A stretch of DNA of 64,000 nucleotides from a bacterium (GTDB lineage Bacteria > Zhuqueibacterota > Zhuqueibacteria > Residuimicrobiales > Krinioviventaceae). A program made the translations under genes and the position numbers. This document shows positions 29,086 to 40,300 of the stretch, piece by piece (positions within the stretch are counted from its first letter, which is position 1; every line of letters begins with the position of its first letter). The stretch spans positions 1,568,001-1,632,000 of the forward strand of contig OY843751.1 of assembly GCA_963693055.1 (NCBI GenBank). Reading direction: 5' to 3'. The notes beneath the pieces were generated by a model. It was not told where the DNA came from, did not search any database, and saw nothing but the letters and a program-made list of their open reading frames with translations.

Positions 29086-29537
29086 CTCACAGAGGCACAA
29101 AGGCACCAAGATTATAAATATCCATTGATTACTCTTGTGATGCCATGTTTCATGAGTTCCTCTCCAAAATTTAAAACAAATCCCAATTTAAAATTTAATA
29201 GTTTTAAATATGTTAATAATTGTTTTTTATGTACAGCTTTTAATGCTTCTATTGATTTTATTTCAATTATAACGCAGTTGTTAATGATTATATCTGCACG
29301 AAAACCTTGGCTGAATTTTTTACCATTATATTCAATTGGAATTGCTACTTGTCTTTCGACTTTTAAACCCTGATCAATAAGCAATTGAGCAAGGAGTATT
29401 TCATAAACAGATTCAAGTAAGCCTGGTCCCATATCTTTGTGTAATTTAATTGCACAATCAACTATTATAGATCCTATCTGGTTCTCATTCAAAATTTACC
29501 CCCTTGTAATTCTTTGTGGTTTTGTGCCTCCGTGTGA
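29086..29537. mobile_element. Putative GxxExxY mini-element: nuclease gene bounded by imperfect inverted repeats
   Basis: Left TCACAGAGGCACAAAGGCACCAAG (29087-29110); right reverse complement TCACACGGAGGCACAAAACCACAAAG (29512-29537). Confidence 0.5.
29112..29492 (-). CDS. GxxExxY protein (PD-(D/E)XK nuclease superfamily)
   Basis: HKDMGPGLLESVYE, FRADIII...IIEIKS, QLLTYLKL, GFVLNFG. Confidence 0.95.
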   Translation of the reverse strand: MNENQIGSIIVDCAIKLHKDMGPGLLESVYEILLAQLLIDQGLKVERQVAIPIEYNGKKFSQGFRADIIINNCVIIEIKSIEALKAVHKKQLLTYLKLLNFKLGFVLNFGEELMKHGITRVINGYL

Positions 29538-29560
29538 ATTTAAAGGTCTGTATTTCAATC

Positions 29561-30334
29561 CTATTTATTTTTAAAAATTGGTTCGCGTTTTTCCACAAAG
29601 GCGTTGAGGGCCTCGGTTTGGTCTTCCGAGTTCACACAGGCGTACAAGGCAAGACTTTCCTGGGTACAGAGATCATTAATGTCGTACGGATAGCGGTTCA
29701 GCATCCGTTTGGATAACCGGTTACCAATGGGGGATAGTTTTGCAATCTGTTTAGCAGTTTGAATGACATTATCCATGAGTGATTCACCGGTGAAAATGTC
29801 ATGCACCAGTCCCCAATCTTTGGCTGTTGCTGCATCCAGAATTTTTGCAGTAAAGATCATCTCTTTTGTGCGGGCAACGCCAATATAACGAGGTACCCTA
29901 AATGTTCCACCCCAACCAGTTATCATCCCCACGCGGGATTCCGGCAGTCCAAATTTTGCGGTATCTACTGCATAACGCAAATCACATGCAGAAGCAAATT
30001 CGAGTCCGCCACCCATACAGAAACCATTTATTGCTGCAATTACCGGGCAGGGGAATTGTTCTACCTTGCTCATGACCCGATGCCCTGCAAGCGCAAACTG
30101 GCGTCCCGTTTCTGCATCAAACTCTTTTAATTTTTTCAAATCCGCGCCGGCGCAAAAGGCTTTTCCTGTTCCGGTAAAGATAACGGCGCGGGTTTTTTCT
30201 GTATCAAGTTCATCCAGTGCCGCTTCTATTTCATCCAATAGATCAAAGGAGAAAGCATTGAGTACATCGGGACGGTTTATGCGAAAGCTGACTATATATT
30301 CATCAATTTGTTCTTTTAAAAGTTGGTCATTCAT
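29561..30334 (-). CDS. Enoyl-CoA hydratase/isomerase (crotonase family)
   Basis: FCAGADL, GGGLE, PESRVG. Confidence 0.93.
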   Translation of the reverse strand: MNDQLLKEQIDEYIVSFRINRPDVLNAFSFDLLDEIEAALDELDTEKTRAVIFTGTGKAFCAGADLKKLKEFDAETGRQFALAGHRVMSKVEQFPCPVIAAINGFCMGGGLEFASACDLRYAVDTAKFGLPESRVGMITGWGGTFRVPRYIGVARTKEMIFTAKILDAATAKDWGLVHDIFTGESLMDNVIQTAKQIAKLSPIGNRLSKRMLNRYPYDINDLCTQESLALYACVNSEDQTEALNAFVEKREPIFKNK

Positions 30335-30357
30335 TGTTTTGATCCTTTCATTGGATA

Positions 30358-31923
30358 TTAAAAACCTTTGAAAATATCGTGTTTGCTTTCACTCATGCGT
30401 TGGGGATAAAAGATCTCTTTCGGCATGGTTTTTAAAGGACTTGCAATATCGGGAGTAAAGTCCATTTGTGATAGCACATCTTTTTCGAGTTCAATTCCGG
30501 GAGCGATTTCAATGAGCCTGAGACCCGATGCAACCCGCTCGAATACGGCGCGTTCCGTTACATAAAGCACACGTTGATTTTTTTCAAGTGCATACTTGCC
30601 GCTGAAAGTGATTTGCTCCACTTGAGGAATGAATTTTTTGACTTTACCTTCCTGCAGGATATTTAGCTTGCCATCAACAATTTCTACTTTTAATCCACCC
30701 GCGGTAAAGGTTGCACAGAATACAACCTGTTTGGCATTTTGAGAGATATCAATAAATCCGCCGCAGCCGGCAATGTTTTTGCCAAATTTGCTGACATTGA
30801 TGTTGCCATCCTGGTCCGCCTGGGCCATTCCCAGGAAAGTCATATCCAGGCCGCCTCCGTGATAAAAATCAAACAGGGAGGGGGCATCTACAATCATATC
30901 CGGATTATAGCCTGCACCAAAGATAGCACCTTTTGCGGGCACACCACCAACAATTCCCTGTTCTACGCTAAAAGTAATCTTTTGAGACAGACCTTCTTCC
31001 GCAGCAATATTGGCAACTCCATCCGATATTCCAAAACCCAGATTAACAACGGTATTGGGAGCCAGTTCCAATGCGGCACGTCGTGCAACAATTTTACGAA
31101 CATCAAAATTCAGAGGTTTGATGTTGTCCATAGGGATTTTTAATTCACCACTAAAAGAGGGCTCGTATTCGGATTCACAGGTTTGCCATTGTTCGGGAAC
31201 GACTACAATAGCATCTACCATGCAAGCTGGTACTTTGACCATTCGCGGATGCAGTGTGTTGGCCTTGGCTTTACGTTTGACCTGAGCGATGACCAATCCG
31301 CCACTATTATGAGCAGCCTGAGATGCTGCAAGAATGTCAAGATCTACTGCTTCGCGTTCAACAGAGATGTTACCCGCTTCATCAGCACTGGTGCCTCTTA
31401 TGAGTGTTACATTTATCGGAAATGTTGGGAAAAATAGCTGTTCTTTACCTGCTATTGTAATGCGCTGAACGATATCCTCTTTAGATTTTTTATTGAGTTT
31501 ACCGCCTTTTAAATTCGGATCAACAAAGGTATGCATGCCAATGGTAGTCAAAAGTCCTGAACGTTTTGCTGCAATTTCACGTGCCAGTAAAGAGATGACT
31601 CCCTGAGGCAGGTTATACGCTTCTATTTCTTCATCGAGCGCGAGTTTGCCCATTTCAGGTGACCAGCCCCAATGGCCTCCAATTACACGTTTTACCATCC
31701 CCTTGTGCGCAAAATGGGCAACACCCGTCCCATTTCCGCTTCCCACACCAGTAACATGAACAAGTGTGAGATTACAAGGTCCCTTGTTTTCCAGGAAACG
31801 TTTTTCAATACCAATGTAGAGGTGTTCTGCATCTAAAAGTCCACCACCGGACCCACAAAGCAGTACCGTATCATTGTCTTTAATCAAATTCGCAGCCTGG
31901 TCAATTGTGAGGAATTGAGGCAT
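30358..31923 (-). CDS. Acyl-CoA:acetate/3-ketoacid CoA-transferase (propionate CoA-transferase/YdiF family)
   Basis: GGHWG, NLPQG, VNLGFG, VEQG catalytic Glu, GCGGFIDI, YVTERAVF. Confidence 0.92.
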   Translation of the reverse strand: MPQFLTIDQAANLIKDNDTVLLCGSGGGLLDAEHLYIGIEKRFLENKGPCNLTLVHVTGVGSGNGTGVAHFAHKGMVKRVIGGHWGWSPEMGKLALDEEIEAYNLPQGVISLLAREIAAKRSGLLTTIGMHTFVDPNLKGGKLNKKSKEDIVQRITIAGKEQLFFPTFPINVTLIRGTSADEAGNISVEREAVDLDILAASQAAHNSGGLVIAQVKRKAKANTLHPRMVKVPACMVDAIVVVPEQWQTCESEYEPSFSGELKIPMDNIKPLNFDVRKIVARRAALELAPNTVVNLGFGISDGVANIAAEEGLSQKITFSVEQGIVGGVPAKGAIFGAGYNPDMIVDAPSLFDFYHGGGLDMTFLGMAQADQDGNINVSKFGKNIAGCGGFIDISQNAKQVVFCATFTAGGLKVEIVDGKLNILQEGKVKKFIPQVEQITFSGKYALEKNQRVLYVTERAVFERVASGLRLIEIAPGIELEKDVLSQMDFTPDIASPLKTMPKEIFYPQRMSESKHDIFKGF

Positions 31924-31944
31924 TTATACTACTCCTTGTACTGA

Positions 31945-33333
31945 TTATAAAAGACTTTTTGTATATTGGTCACATTTATTTTGTAAATGTAATTTTTTAT
32001 TCGAGTATTTGGGATTATTTGCAAGATTGTTTTTTTCATACGGATCTTTTTCCAGGTCGTACAATTCTTCATAAATCGGATTTTGTTCTATATATCTCAG
32101 ATATTTAAATTTGTGTGTAACAACCCCCTCGGATTTTGGAATGCGTTCATGATCAAATAAATGCTCATAAAAGAAATCAGTTCTCCATTCGGGATTTTTT
32201 GCAGAAACAACCGGTTTAAGACTTTTTCCCTGCATTTCTTCCGGTATTGTTAGACCGGCATAGTCGAGAATGGTTGGTGCAAGATCAATATTTAAGGCCA
32301 TTTGAGAATATTTTCTGCCGTGTTGAGATTTGGGCAGGTGGGGATCGTGAATGATCATGGGAACCCGTATAGACTCTTCATGTCCGTACCATTTACCGGC
32401 AAGACCATGTTCACCCAGATAGAATCCATTATCACCGGTATATATAATGACGGTATTTTGATCCAGGTTGTTTTGCTTTAATGTATTCATAATTCGTTCA
32501 ACCACCTTGTCTACTCCTGTTATCAGGCGGTAATACCCTTTGACAGAATTTTGGTATTTTTCGGGAGTAGAAAAACGAATATCCCAGCGGCGCCGGGCTT
32601 CGTTGTCTTTTTTGAAAAAAGCGGGAAAGCTGTCATAATATTGGGGGTCTGCTGTTTCTGGTTCAGGTATGGTAACGTCTTTGTACAGATCTTTGTACTG
32701 TGGATCATAGATGAACTGACGGGGATCACCATCCTGCACGTGCGGTGCTTTAAAGCTGATGGATAAGCAAAACGGGGCTTGATTGTTCTGCATGTTCAGA
32801 AATTCTTCTGCCTGGTCTCCCATAATGCTGGTCAAATGTTTGTAATTTCCCTTCGGATCGGTTTGTTCATATTTGGGTTGTCCGAGAATGCCTTTCCAAT
32901 AATCAAAATAAGATTCCGGCATTGTGTTGCCCACACCCCATTTGCCAATAAAACCGGTCATGTATCCTGCCTGTTTTAATAACAGGGGATAGGTATTGTT
33001 TAATGCATTCTGGGTAAAGGAAGTTGAAAAACCATGTATACCATGCCTGCGGGCATATTGTCCACTGAATATACTTGCGCGGCTTGTACAACAAATGGAT
33101 GTTGTAACAAATGCATTGGTAAACATTGCGCCATCACCTGCAAGGGCATCAATATTGGGTGTTTGGATGATTGAATTTCCGGCACATCCTAGTGCGTCCC
33201 ATCTTTGGTCGTCAGTCAGTAAAAGAATGATGTTGGGTGGTTTTTGCGGACCTTTTGAGCATGATATAAATGGAGTAGTTGCTGCCAAGCCTGCAATGTT
33301 TTTAATAAACTGCCTGCGCGATGATTTTTTCAT
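31945..33333 (-). CDS. TAT-exported sulfatase (probable lipoprotein)
   Basis: SRRQFIK twin-arginine motif, FISC lipobox, PNIILLLTDDQR, CCTSRAS, GKW, GDNG...GEHG...GK. Confidence 0.93.
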   Translation of the reverse strand: MKKSSRRQFIKNIAGLAATTPFISCSKGPQKPPNIILLLTDDQRWDALGCAGNSIIQTPNIDALAGDGAMFTNAFVTTSICCTSRASIFSGQYARRHGIHGFSTSFTQNALNNTYPLLLKQAGYMTGFIGKWGVGNTMPESYFDYWKGILGQPKYEQTDPKGNYKHLTSIMGDQAEEFLNMQNNQAPFCLSISFKAPHVQDGDPRQFIYDPQYKDLYKDVTIPEPETADPQYYDSFPAFFKKDNEARRRWDIRFSTPEKYQNSVKGYYRLITGVDKVVERIMNTLKQNNLDQNTVIIYTGDNGFYLGEHGLAGKWYGHEESIRVPMIIHDPHLPKSQHGRKYSQMALNIDLAPTILDYAGLTIPEEMQGKSLKPVVSAKNPEWRTDFFYEHLFDHERIPKSEGVVTHKFKYLRYIEQNPIYEELYDLEKDPYEKNNLANNPKYSNKKLHLQNKCDQYTKSLL

Positions 33334-33336
33334 GGC

Positions 33337-33987
33337 TTATCCTTGTATTATTTGTGTTTCCTGAACAGTTCCACCGCAGATATTGCTAACTCGTTCCAAA
33401 AATGTTTTATTATATGTTTCCAGTTGCGAGTCTGGCAGAGAAGTTGGGGCAAAAATTAACAATAGAGCGTTTTGGGTTTGTACATCAACTGCTGTTCGTT
33501 TGGAATCTGTTATGGGAGATCCAAAGGGACCCTGGTTATCTGCAACACAAAACCGATCATATAAATGGACCTCGTTGTTATTGTGCCCAAAATATGATTC
33601 TCCTTCCAGTCCCATTCGAAAGGTAATATCTCCCTCAATCTTGTCTGCATCGTAAACACAAATAGGTAACAGAAAATCCAGTGAACACCAGTTGCCTGTA
33701 TCAACCAGGGTGTTTATAGAATAAAGTTCTTTATTTTTAATTGCACGATTTAATAACGCTTCTGACGATGGCCTGCGTTTGGTTGGGTCGAGCTTGATTG
33801 CTCTGAAAAATTCCCTGGCATATTGTACGCCATTTATTTGACTAATGGGAGTGTTTTCATATTGTTCTTTATATTGTTTTGCAGTAGAAAATAATTGTGA
33901 ATATGCAGTATTCTCTGTAGTGATCTGCAGGGAATTGACCGTGATCACACCGAGTTTGACAGGTAGATTTGATTCAATTTGCCACAT
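33337..33987 (-). CDS. B3/4 domain protein (PheT-like tRNA-editing family)
   Basis: DPTKRRPSSEALL.R, INTLVDTGN, YDADKI, GSP. Confidence 0.88.
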   Translation of the reverse strand: MWQIESNLPVKLGVITVNSLQITTENTAYSQLFSTAKQYKEQYENTPISQINGVQYAREFFRAIKLDPTKRRPSSEALLNRAIKNKELYSINTLVDTGNWCSLDFLLPICVYDADKIEGDITFRMGLEGESYFGHNNNEVHLYDRFCVADNQGPFGSPITDSKRTAVDVQTQNALLLIFAPTSLPDSQLETYNKTFLERVSNICGGTVQETQIIQG

Positions 33988-34067
33988 AATTGTATCCGGT
34001 TTTATTTATAAATATAAATTTTTATATGTGAAAACCAATATAAAACTAGGTGTAATAGGGGGCGGGT

Positions 34068-34097
34068 AAAAAAAAAGACCGCCAATGGGCGGCGGTC
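34068..34097 (-). terminator. Intrinsic terminator after alkaline phosphatase
   Basis: GACCGCC stem followed by 9 T on the minus strand. Confidence 0.8.
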
Positions 34098-34103
34098 CTG
34101 TTT

Positions 34104-35213
34104 CTAAAGTTGAATGAATTGGATTATAGTCTTACCGATATGGGTATTATCCTGAATGCCTGCAAGGGTATCACTACCTGGTCCATATGCAAACAATGGT
34201 ACCATGGTACCAGAATGTCCGCCAGAAGTAAACAGGGCTTTGGTAACGGTTTTTTCTTCTATTGAACCATCTTGTAATGAAAATCCACCGGTTTCGTGAT
34301 CTGCGGTAACTATAACCAGTGTGTTTTCGTCCTGTTCCGCAAAATCCATTCCTGCACCAATAGCATCATCAAAATCAACCATTTCACCTATAATATATTC
34401 AGGTGCATTGTCATGACCACCCCAGTCAATTTGTGAGCCTTCAACCATAAGAATAAAGCCCTCTTTATTCTTTGACAAAATGCGGATTGCCTTTGCTGTC
34501 AATTCAGCCAATGAAATTTGACGTTCATGTGCTTGTGGGGGATGGTTGGGATATAGCAGGGCAGCAGCAGGTTTATCTTCATCCAGTTGATTATATTCTT
34601 CAGAGGTGAGGGCAAGCTGCATTCTCTGTTTCATTAATGATAACAGATCTTTGTCATCCTCTCGTTTGCTGTCTTTAGCCGATTTGGGTATAAAATAGGC
34701 CCATCCACTATTAAATAGAACAGTCAGAGGAAAATTTGCAACCTGTTCTGCTATTTCATTTTGCATTCCACGCTTTGCTACATGTGAAACAAATCCGGCA
34801 GGAGTTGCATGAGTCACTGAACATGTACTAACCAGCCCGGTTGCCATATCTTTTTCAATTGCGTATTCGAAAGCATTTTTTATAGGTTCACCATCTGGAG
34901 TTTGGCCGATTATTCCATTTGAGGTTTTTACACCCGTAGACATTGCAGTAGCGCCTGCTGCAGAATCTGTAACATATTTATTTTTAGAATGTGTTGTTAC
35001 TAATCCTAATGTTTTAAAGCGTTCCAGGTTTAAAGTCCCTTTTACAGTTTTACCTGCGGTAACCTGGCTTGTACCCATCCCATCACCAATAAAAATAATA
35101 ATGTTTTTTGGAATATTATTGGATTGAATTTCATCCTGACTTTTTGAAAAGTTTAGAAATGTAATAATGGTGAGTGCAACAAAAGTTAATATTATTACGA
35201 TTTTTTTTGGCAT
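34104..35213 (-). CDS. phoA: Alkaline phosphatase
   Basis: IGDGMG, VTDSAAGATA active-site Ser, HATPA, VEGSQIDWGGH, TADHETGG. Confidence 0.93.
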   Translation of the reverse strand: MPKKIVIILTFVALTIITFLNFSKSQDEIQSNNIPKNIIIFIGDGMGTSQVTAGKTVKGTLNLERFKTLGLVTTHSKNKYVTDSAAGATAMSTGVKTSNGIIGQTPDGEPIKNAFEYAIEKDMATGLVSTCSVTHATPAGFVSHVAKRGMQNEIAEQVANFPLTVLFNSGWAYFIPKSAKDSKREDDKDLLSLMKQRMQLALTSEEYNQLDEDKPAAALLYPNHPPQAHERQISLAELTAKAIRILSKNKEGFILMVEGSQIDWGGHDNAPEYIIGEMVDFDDAIGAGMDFAEQDENTLVIVTADHETGGFSLQDGSIEEKTVTKALFTSGGHSGTMVPLFAYGPGSDTLAGIQDNTHIGKTIIQFIQL

Positions 35214-35383
35214 TACGAGTCCTTTTCTGGTTCCATTTATTAATCTATACCTTCAGAATTCTAGAATTGAAGAAAAATATAATGAAATGATTGTTATATA
35301 ACAAATCAAATCACTAAAATTTGAATCCTTTTTTGAATTGTAATAATTTGTTGTTAATATAAAAAAAGCCCCCCTAATTTAAA

Positions 35384-35953
35384 TTACATGTTTTTAATAA
35401 ATTCTAATACCTGTTCACTGTCCATTGCGGCATTAACCTCGGTATTTTTGTAAACAAGTTTATTGTTTTTATCAAGAATAAATGTCCAACGAGATGTTGT
35501 TACATTTCGTTTTAGTGTAACCTTTTTACCATCAATTTCCCGTTCAATAGAACCACCATCTCGTGTTGGTACACCAAATGTTTCAGCAATTTTTCCCTCT
35601 GAATCTGAAAGCAGTGTGAAATTTAAATTGTTAGCGTCTTTAAAGTATTCCAGATTTTTAACATCGTCGCCACTTATTCCTACAACAGATGCGCCAGCCT
35701 CTTCCAGTTCAGCCTTGTGATCTCTAAACGCACAGGCTTGTTTTGTACATCCGCCAGTCATTGCTGCCGGGTAAAAATAGACCACCAGCGCTTTATCACC
35801 CGTATGTTCCTGTGATTTCCACAGATTGCCGTTATCATCCATTGCCTGAAAAGCAGGTATAGTATCTCCAATTGATCGTTTTGCACTGGTTTCTTTGCTG
35901 AATGAAAAGGAAATAGCAATTAAAAGGATAAGAATCGTTAATTTTATTTTCAT
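35384..35953 (-). CDS. bcp: Exported peroxiredoxin (BCP/PrxQ family)
   Basis: YFYPAAMTGGCTKQACAFRD; signal peptide. Confidence 0.88.
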   Translation of the reverse strand: MKIKLTILILLIAISFSFSKETSAKRSIGDTIPAFQAMDDNGNLWKSQEHTGDKALVVYFYPAAMTGGCTKQACAFRDHKAELEEAGASVVGISGDDVKNLEYFKDANNLNFTLLSDSEGKIAETFGVPTRDGGSIEREIDGKKVTLKRNVTTSRWTFILDKNNKLVYKNTEVNAAMDSEQVLEFIKNM

Positions 35954-36231
35954 TTTTTTCTCCGAACAGATAGTTTAGTTATGTTATTTTTAGATATTGC
36001 ATAACATGAAACATTTACATGTGATTTCTTATTTCCACCAAATAAAATCTTGTGTATTATTGCCTGTTTTTTATTACCTTAAAAGTCTATTTACAAAAAA
36101 TATATTTTAGTGGGAATATTTCCACCTTTATAAGCATCTAATCTGTGTAACTTGTTTGTAATGTATTTAAATGAGAACAAAATATATAGTTATACGTTAT
36201 TATTAAGGAATTAACTATAAAGGAAAAAGGA

Positions 36232-37350
36232 ATGATTAACAAAAAGTTGGCTTTTTTAATTGTATTTATTATTTTGGTATTGGGACTGGTTTTGCAAAAT
36301 GTCTTGAGTAATCAAAAACAGCCTATGCGACGTAGTAATGCATCGGCTATCCCACCCGTTAAAGTTTTAACAGTTGAAAATAAAGATATTGTATCACAAT
36401 TTGAAATTGGCGGTCATTTGACTGCATTTAATAATGTAGATATATATGCTGAAGTTTCCGGTATTTTACTTGAAACCCCGAAACGTTTCAAACCGGGTAC
36501 ACGTTTTAAAAAAGGTGATGTATTAATAAAAATTGATGATAGTGTATATAAAAATCAGGTTCTTGCTCAAAAAAGCAGTTTACTCAATCAATTAACCTTA
36601 TTATTGCCTGACCTCTCTATAGACTATCCTGATAATATTGCTGAATGGGAACAATATCTGCATGATTTTAAACTAGATAAACCTTTAGCTCCGCTCCCTG
36701 AACCATCATCTGATCAGGAACGTTATTATATTGCTTCAAATAATATTTATAATCTGTATTATACAGTTAAAAGCCAGGAAGCAACTTTGGAGAAATATAC
36801 AATCTCTGCTCCATATGATGGAATTGTTACCGAATCTAATATTAATCCGGGGACATTGGTACGAACCGGACAAAATTTGGGTGAATTTACAAATACTGAA
36901 ATGTATGAGATGGAAGCTTTTGCGAGTAATTATGAGGTTAAACAACTGCATATTGGTGATGTTGTAACACTTGCTACCGATGATGTTGAAGGTAAATTCA
37001 AGGGAACTATACAGCGTATCAATCAGGTTATTGATCCGAATTCACAAACACTCAAAGTATATATTGTGACTACTGACAATCGTTTAAGAGAGGGTATGTA
37101 TTGTACTGCAACTATTAATACCCGAGAAATTAAAAATGCCTGTCGTGTCAGCCGTAATTTGTTGGTCGGTGAAGCCAATTTATACAAGATCCAGCAGGAT
37201 TCAACATTAAGACTTGTTGATATAAATGTTGTTACCGGTGATGATGATGATGTTATTATACAGGGCCTTGCAGACGGAACAATGTTGTTGGGTCAGCCCA
37301 TGACAAATGCGTACAATGGTATGAAAATTGGCAAAATGATCACAAATTAA
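36232..37350 (+). CDS. RND efflux periplasmic adaptor (MFP)
   Basis: N-terminal anchor, AEVSG...GDVLIKID, ISAPYDG lipoyl halves. Confidence 0.9.
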   Translation: MINKKLAFLIVFIILVLGLVLQNVLSNQKQPMRRSNASAIPPVKVLTVENKDIVSQFEIGGHLTAFNNVDIYAEVSGILLETPKRFKPGTRFKKGDVLIKIDDSVYKNQVLAQKSSLLNQLTLLLPDLSIDYPDNIAEWEQYLHDFKLDKPLAPLPEPSSDQERYYIASNNIYNLYYTVKSQEATLEKYTISAPYDGIVTESNINPGTLVRTGQNLGEFTNTEMYEMEAFASNYEVKQLHIGDVVTLATDDVEGKFKGTIQRINQVIDPNSQTLKVYIVTTDNRLREGMYCTATINTREIKNACRVSRNLLVGEANLYKIQQDSTLRLVDINVVTGDDDDVIIQGLADGTMLLGQPMTNAYNGMKIGKMITN

Positions 37351-37367
37351 GCTGAAAGTTTCTTCTT

Positions 37368-40300
37368 ATGAAAAATTTGATTCGCTATTTTATAAAGTTT
37401 CCCATTCTTGGGAACACGATCCTCTTTACTATGGTCTTGTTTGGAATTTTTGGGTTTAAAAGTACACGTACCACATTTTTTCCACCTGTACCCAGTAAAT
37501 ATATTATGATATCTGCTAGTTATCCTGGTGCGGCTCCGGATGAAATTGAAGAGGCTATTGTTCTTAAAATTGAAGATAATTTAAAAGGTGTAACTGGTGT
37601 AGAACGTGTAACCTCTGTTTCCCGTGAAAATGCGTGTTCAATTAATGTGGAAATGACAACCGGATATGATATTGATGTTGTTTTACAGGATGTAAAAAAC
37701 GCTGTTGAGCAGGTAAGCACCTTCCCCGATGGTATGGAACAACTCAAAGTTTTTAAACAGGAAATGATCAGTTTTGCGGCGGATTTTGTTATAAGCGGGG
37801 ATGTTGATCTCAAGGTATTAAAACAATACTCGCGAAAAGCCGAACGCGATTTACTCTCCATGGATGGCATTTCCAAAGTTTCCCTGAGTGGTTTCCCTAA
37901 TGAGGAAATTGAAATCAGTATGCGCGAAAATGACCTTCGTGCATTGGGTTTGACATTCACCGAAGTTGTAAATTCAATAAGAAAAGCCAATATCAAAGTG
38001 ACCGGTGGTACAATCAAGGGGAAAAAAGAAGAATTACAAATTCGTGCAGATTTAAAAGGATACTATGCCAAAGATCTGGCAAATCATGTTCTCCGTACTA
38101 CTGATGATGGAAATGTTATATATTTAAAAGATGTAGCTGATGTAATAGATAGATGGTCTGAGAGTCCGAACCGTGTATATTTTAACGGTCAACGTTGTGT
38201 TCGTGTTACTATACAAAATTTGAATGAAGAAGATCTGTTCCATATTGCAGGTCAGGTTAAAGAATATGTAGCTGATTTTAACAATACACATAGCGATGCC
38301 AAGGCTTTTGTCCTTCGGGATGGTTCTGAAATTATCAAAGAACGTATTGATATTTTAACTTCAAACGGCTTGCTGGGAATGTTTCTGGTATTGTTACTTT
38401 TAACGCTGTCCCTCAATATCCGGATGGCATTCTGGGTTGCAGTTGCAATTCCTATATCATTTGCCGGTATGTTCATGTTGTCACCATTTTATGATCTGAC
38501 CATTAATGTTATGTCATTAATGGCGATGATTTTGGTGTTGGGTATTCTGGTGGATGATGGAATTGTGATTGCTGAAAATATTTATCAGCATCATGAGCGC
38601 GGTAAAAAACCTATTCAGGCTGCAGTTGATGGAACCATTGAAGTTTTACCTTCGGTTACCGCTTCTATATTAACAACTGTCGTTGTTTTTTCAACTTTTT
38701 TCTTTCTGGAAGGTGGTTTGGGAGACCGTGCACGAGATATTGCATTTGTTGTAATTGCAACATTAATGATCTCGCTTGTTGAAGGTATGTTTATTTTGCC
38801 GGCACATATAGCCCATTCACGTGCTTTGCGTGTTTCGAAAGATCAGGTAAGCAAGTTTGAAAAATGGACCGATACGGGATTAAAGAAAATTCGTGATAAA
38901 GTATATTCACCTGTATTGAAATTTGCTATTCATCATCCCGTTGTTGTTTTGTCCATACCGATTGCAGTTATGATGATAACGGTTGGAGCGTTAAAGGGTG
39001 GTATACTTAAAACGACGTTTTTCCCGTTTATTGAAAGACGATCTGTTAATATTACGCTTGAAATGCCCGCAGGTACTCCGGTAGCCATCACTGACAGTAT
39101 TCTGGCAGGCATTGAAACGCATGTTTGGGAAGTCAACGACATGTATAAAGAAAGCCATAATGGTCAGGAACTGGTTACGGAGCTATCGCGTAATGTTGGA
39201 GGCGGTACTCACCAAGGAGGTCTGCGTGTTGAATTGATCAGTGGTGAGCACCGGGACTGGTCCAGTATGGATGTTCAAAATCATCTCCGTAATCAGATTG
39301 GAATTGTACCCGGAGCCCAGACATTTCAGGTAGGTGGCGGCGGCAATTTTGGTATGCCCGTCTCTATAGCCATGCATGGTGATGATTTGGATGAACTGCG
39401 CGAAGCCAAAGAAATTCTTAAAGGAGAATTGCGTCAGCTTGAAAAGCTCAAAGATGTTATTGATGACGATCCACCAGGATTACGAGAAGTTCATATTCAA
39501 CTCAAGGAAAAAGCTTTTGCTCTTGGTTTAAATACTGCAGATGTAGTTGCCCAGGTAAGAAGTGGATTCTTTGGGAGTGAAGCACAACGGATATTACGTG
39601 GCATTGACGAAGTCAAGATCTGGGCAAGGTATACTGAACAGGACCGCTCATCCATTAAAGATCTTGAAGATATGCGGATCCGTTTGTCTGATGGAAGAGA
39701 GTTTCCTCTCAAAGAAATTGCAGATTTTACTATTCAACGTGGTGTTATGGCCATTAACCATATTGATGCCCAGCGGGTTATCTCGGTAGAAGCTGATGTC
39801 GCAAATCAAAAAGATTCTGTACCCGAGATTATTTCTCAGATCAGGGCTGAAATTTTACCGGATATTGCAAAACAGTTCCCTGATATTCATTTTGATTTTG
39901 AAGGTCAAAGTCGTGAAAATGCAAAAACAGTTAGAGCTATGCAACGGGTTTTGCCACCTGTGCTGATTATGATGTTTTTTATTGTTGTTGTAACCTTTAG
40001 ATCTTTTTCTCAGGCTACTATAGTGTTCTCACTGATACCTTTTAGTTTGATTGGTGTGCTTTGGGGCCATTATATTCAGGGACACATTGTGAGCATGTTG
40101 TCCTTGTTTGGTACCATAGCACTTGCAGGTATTGTTGTTAATGATTCGCTTGTTTTTATTAGCGCATTCAATCAAAAATTGAAAAAAGGTGTTGAATTCA
40201 ATGAAGCGTTGTTAGATGCAGGACTTTCCAGGTTTAGACCGGTAATGCTGACTTCTTTGACTACCATTGGTGGTTTGGGACCCTTGATTTTTGAAAAAAG

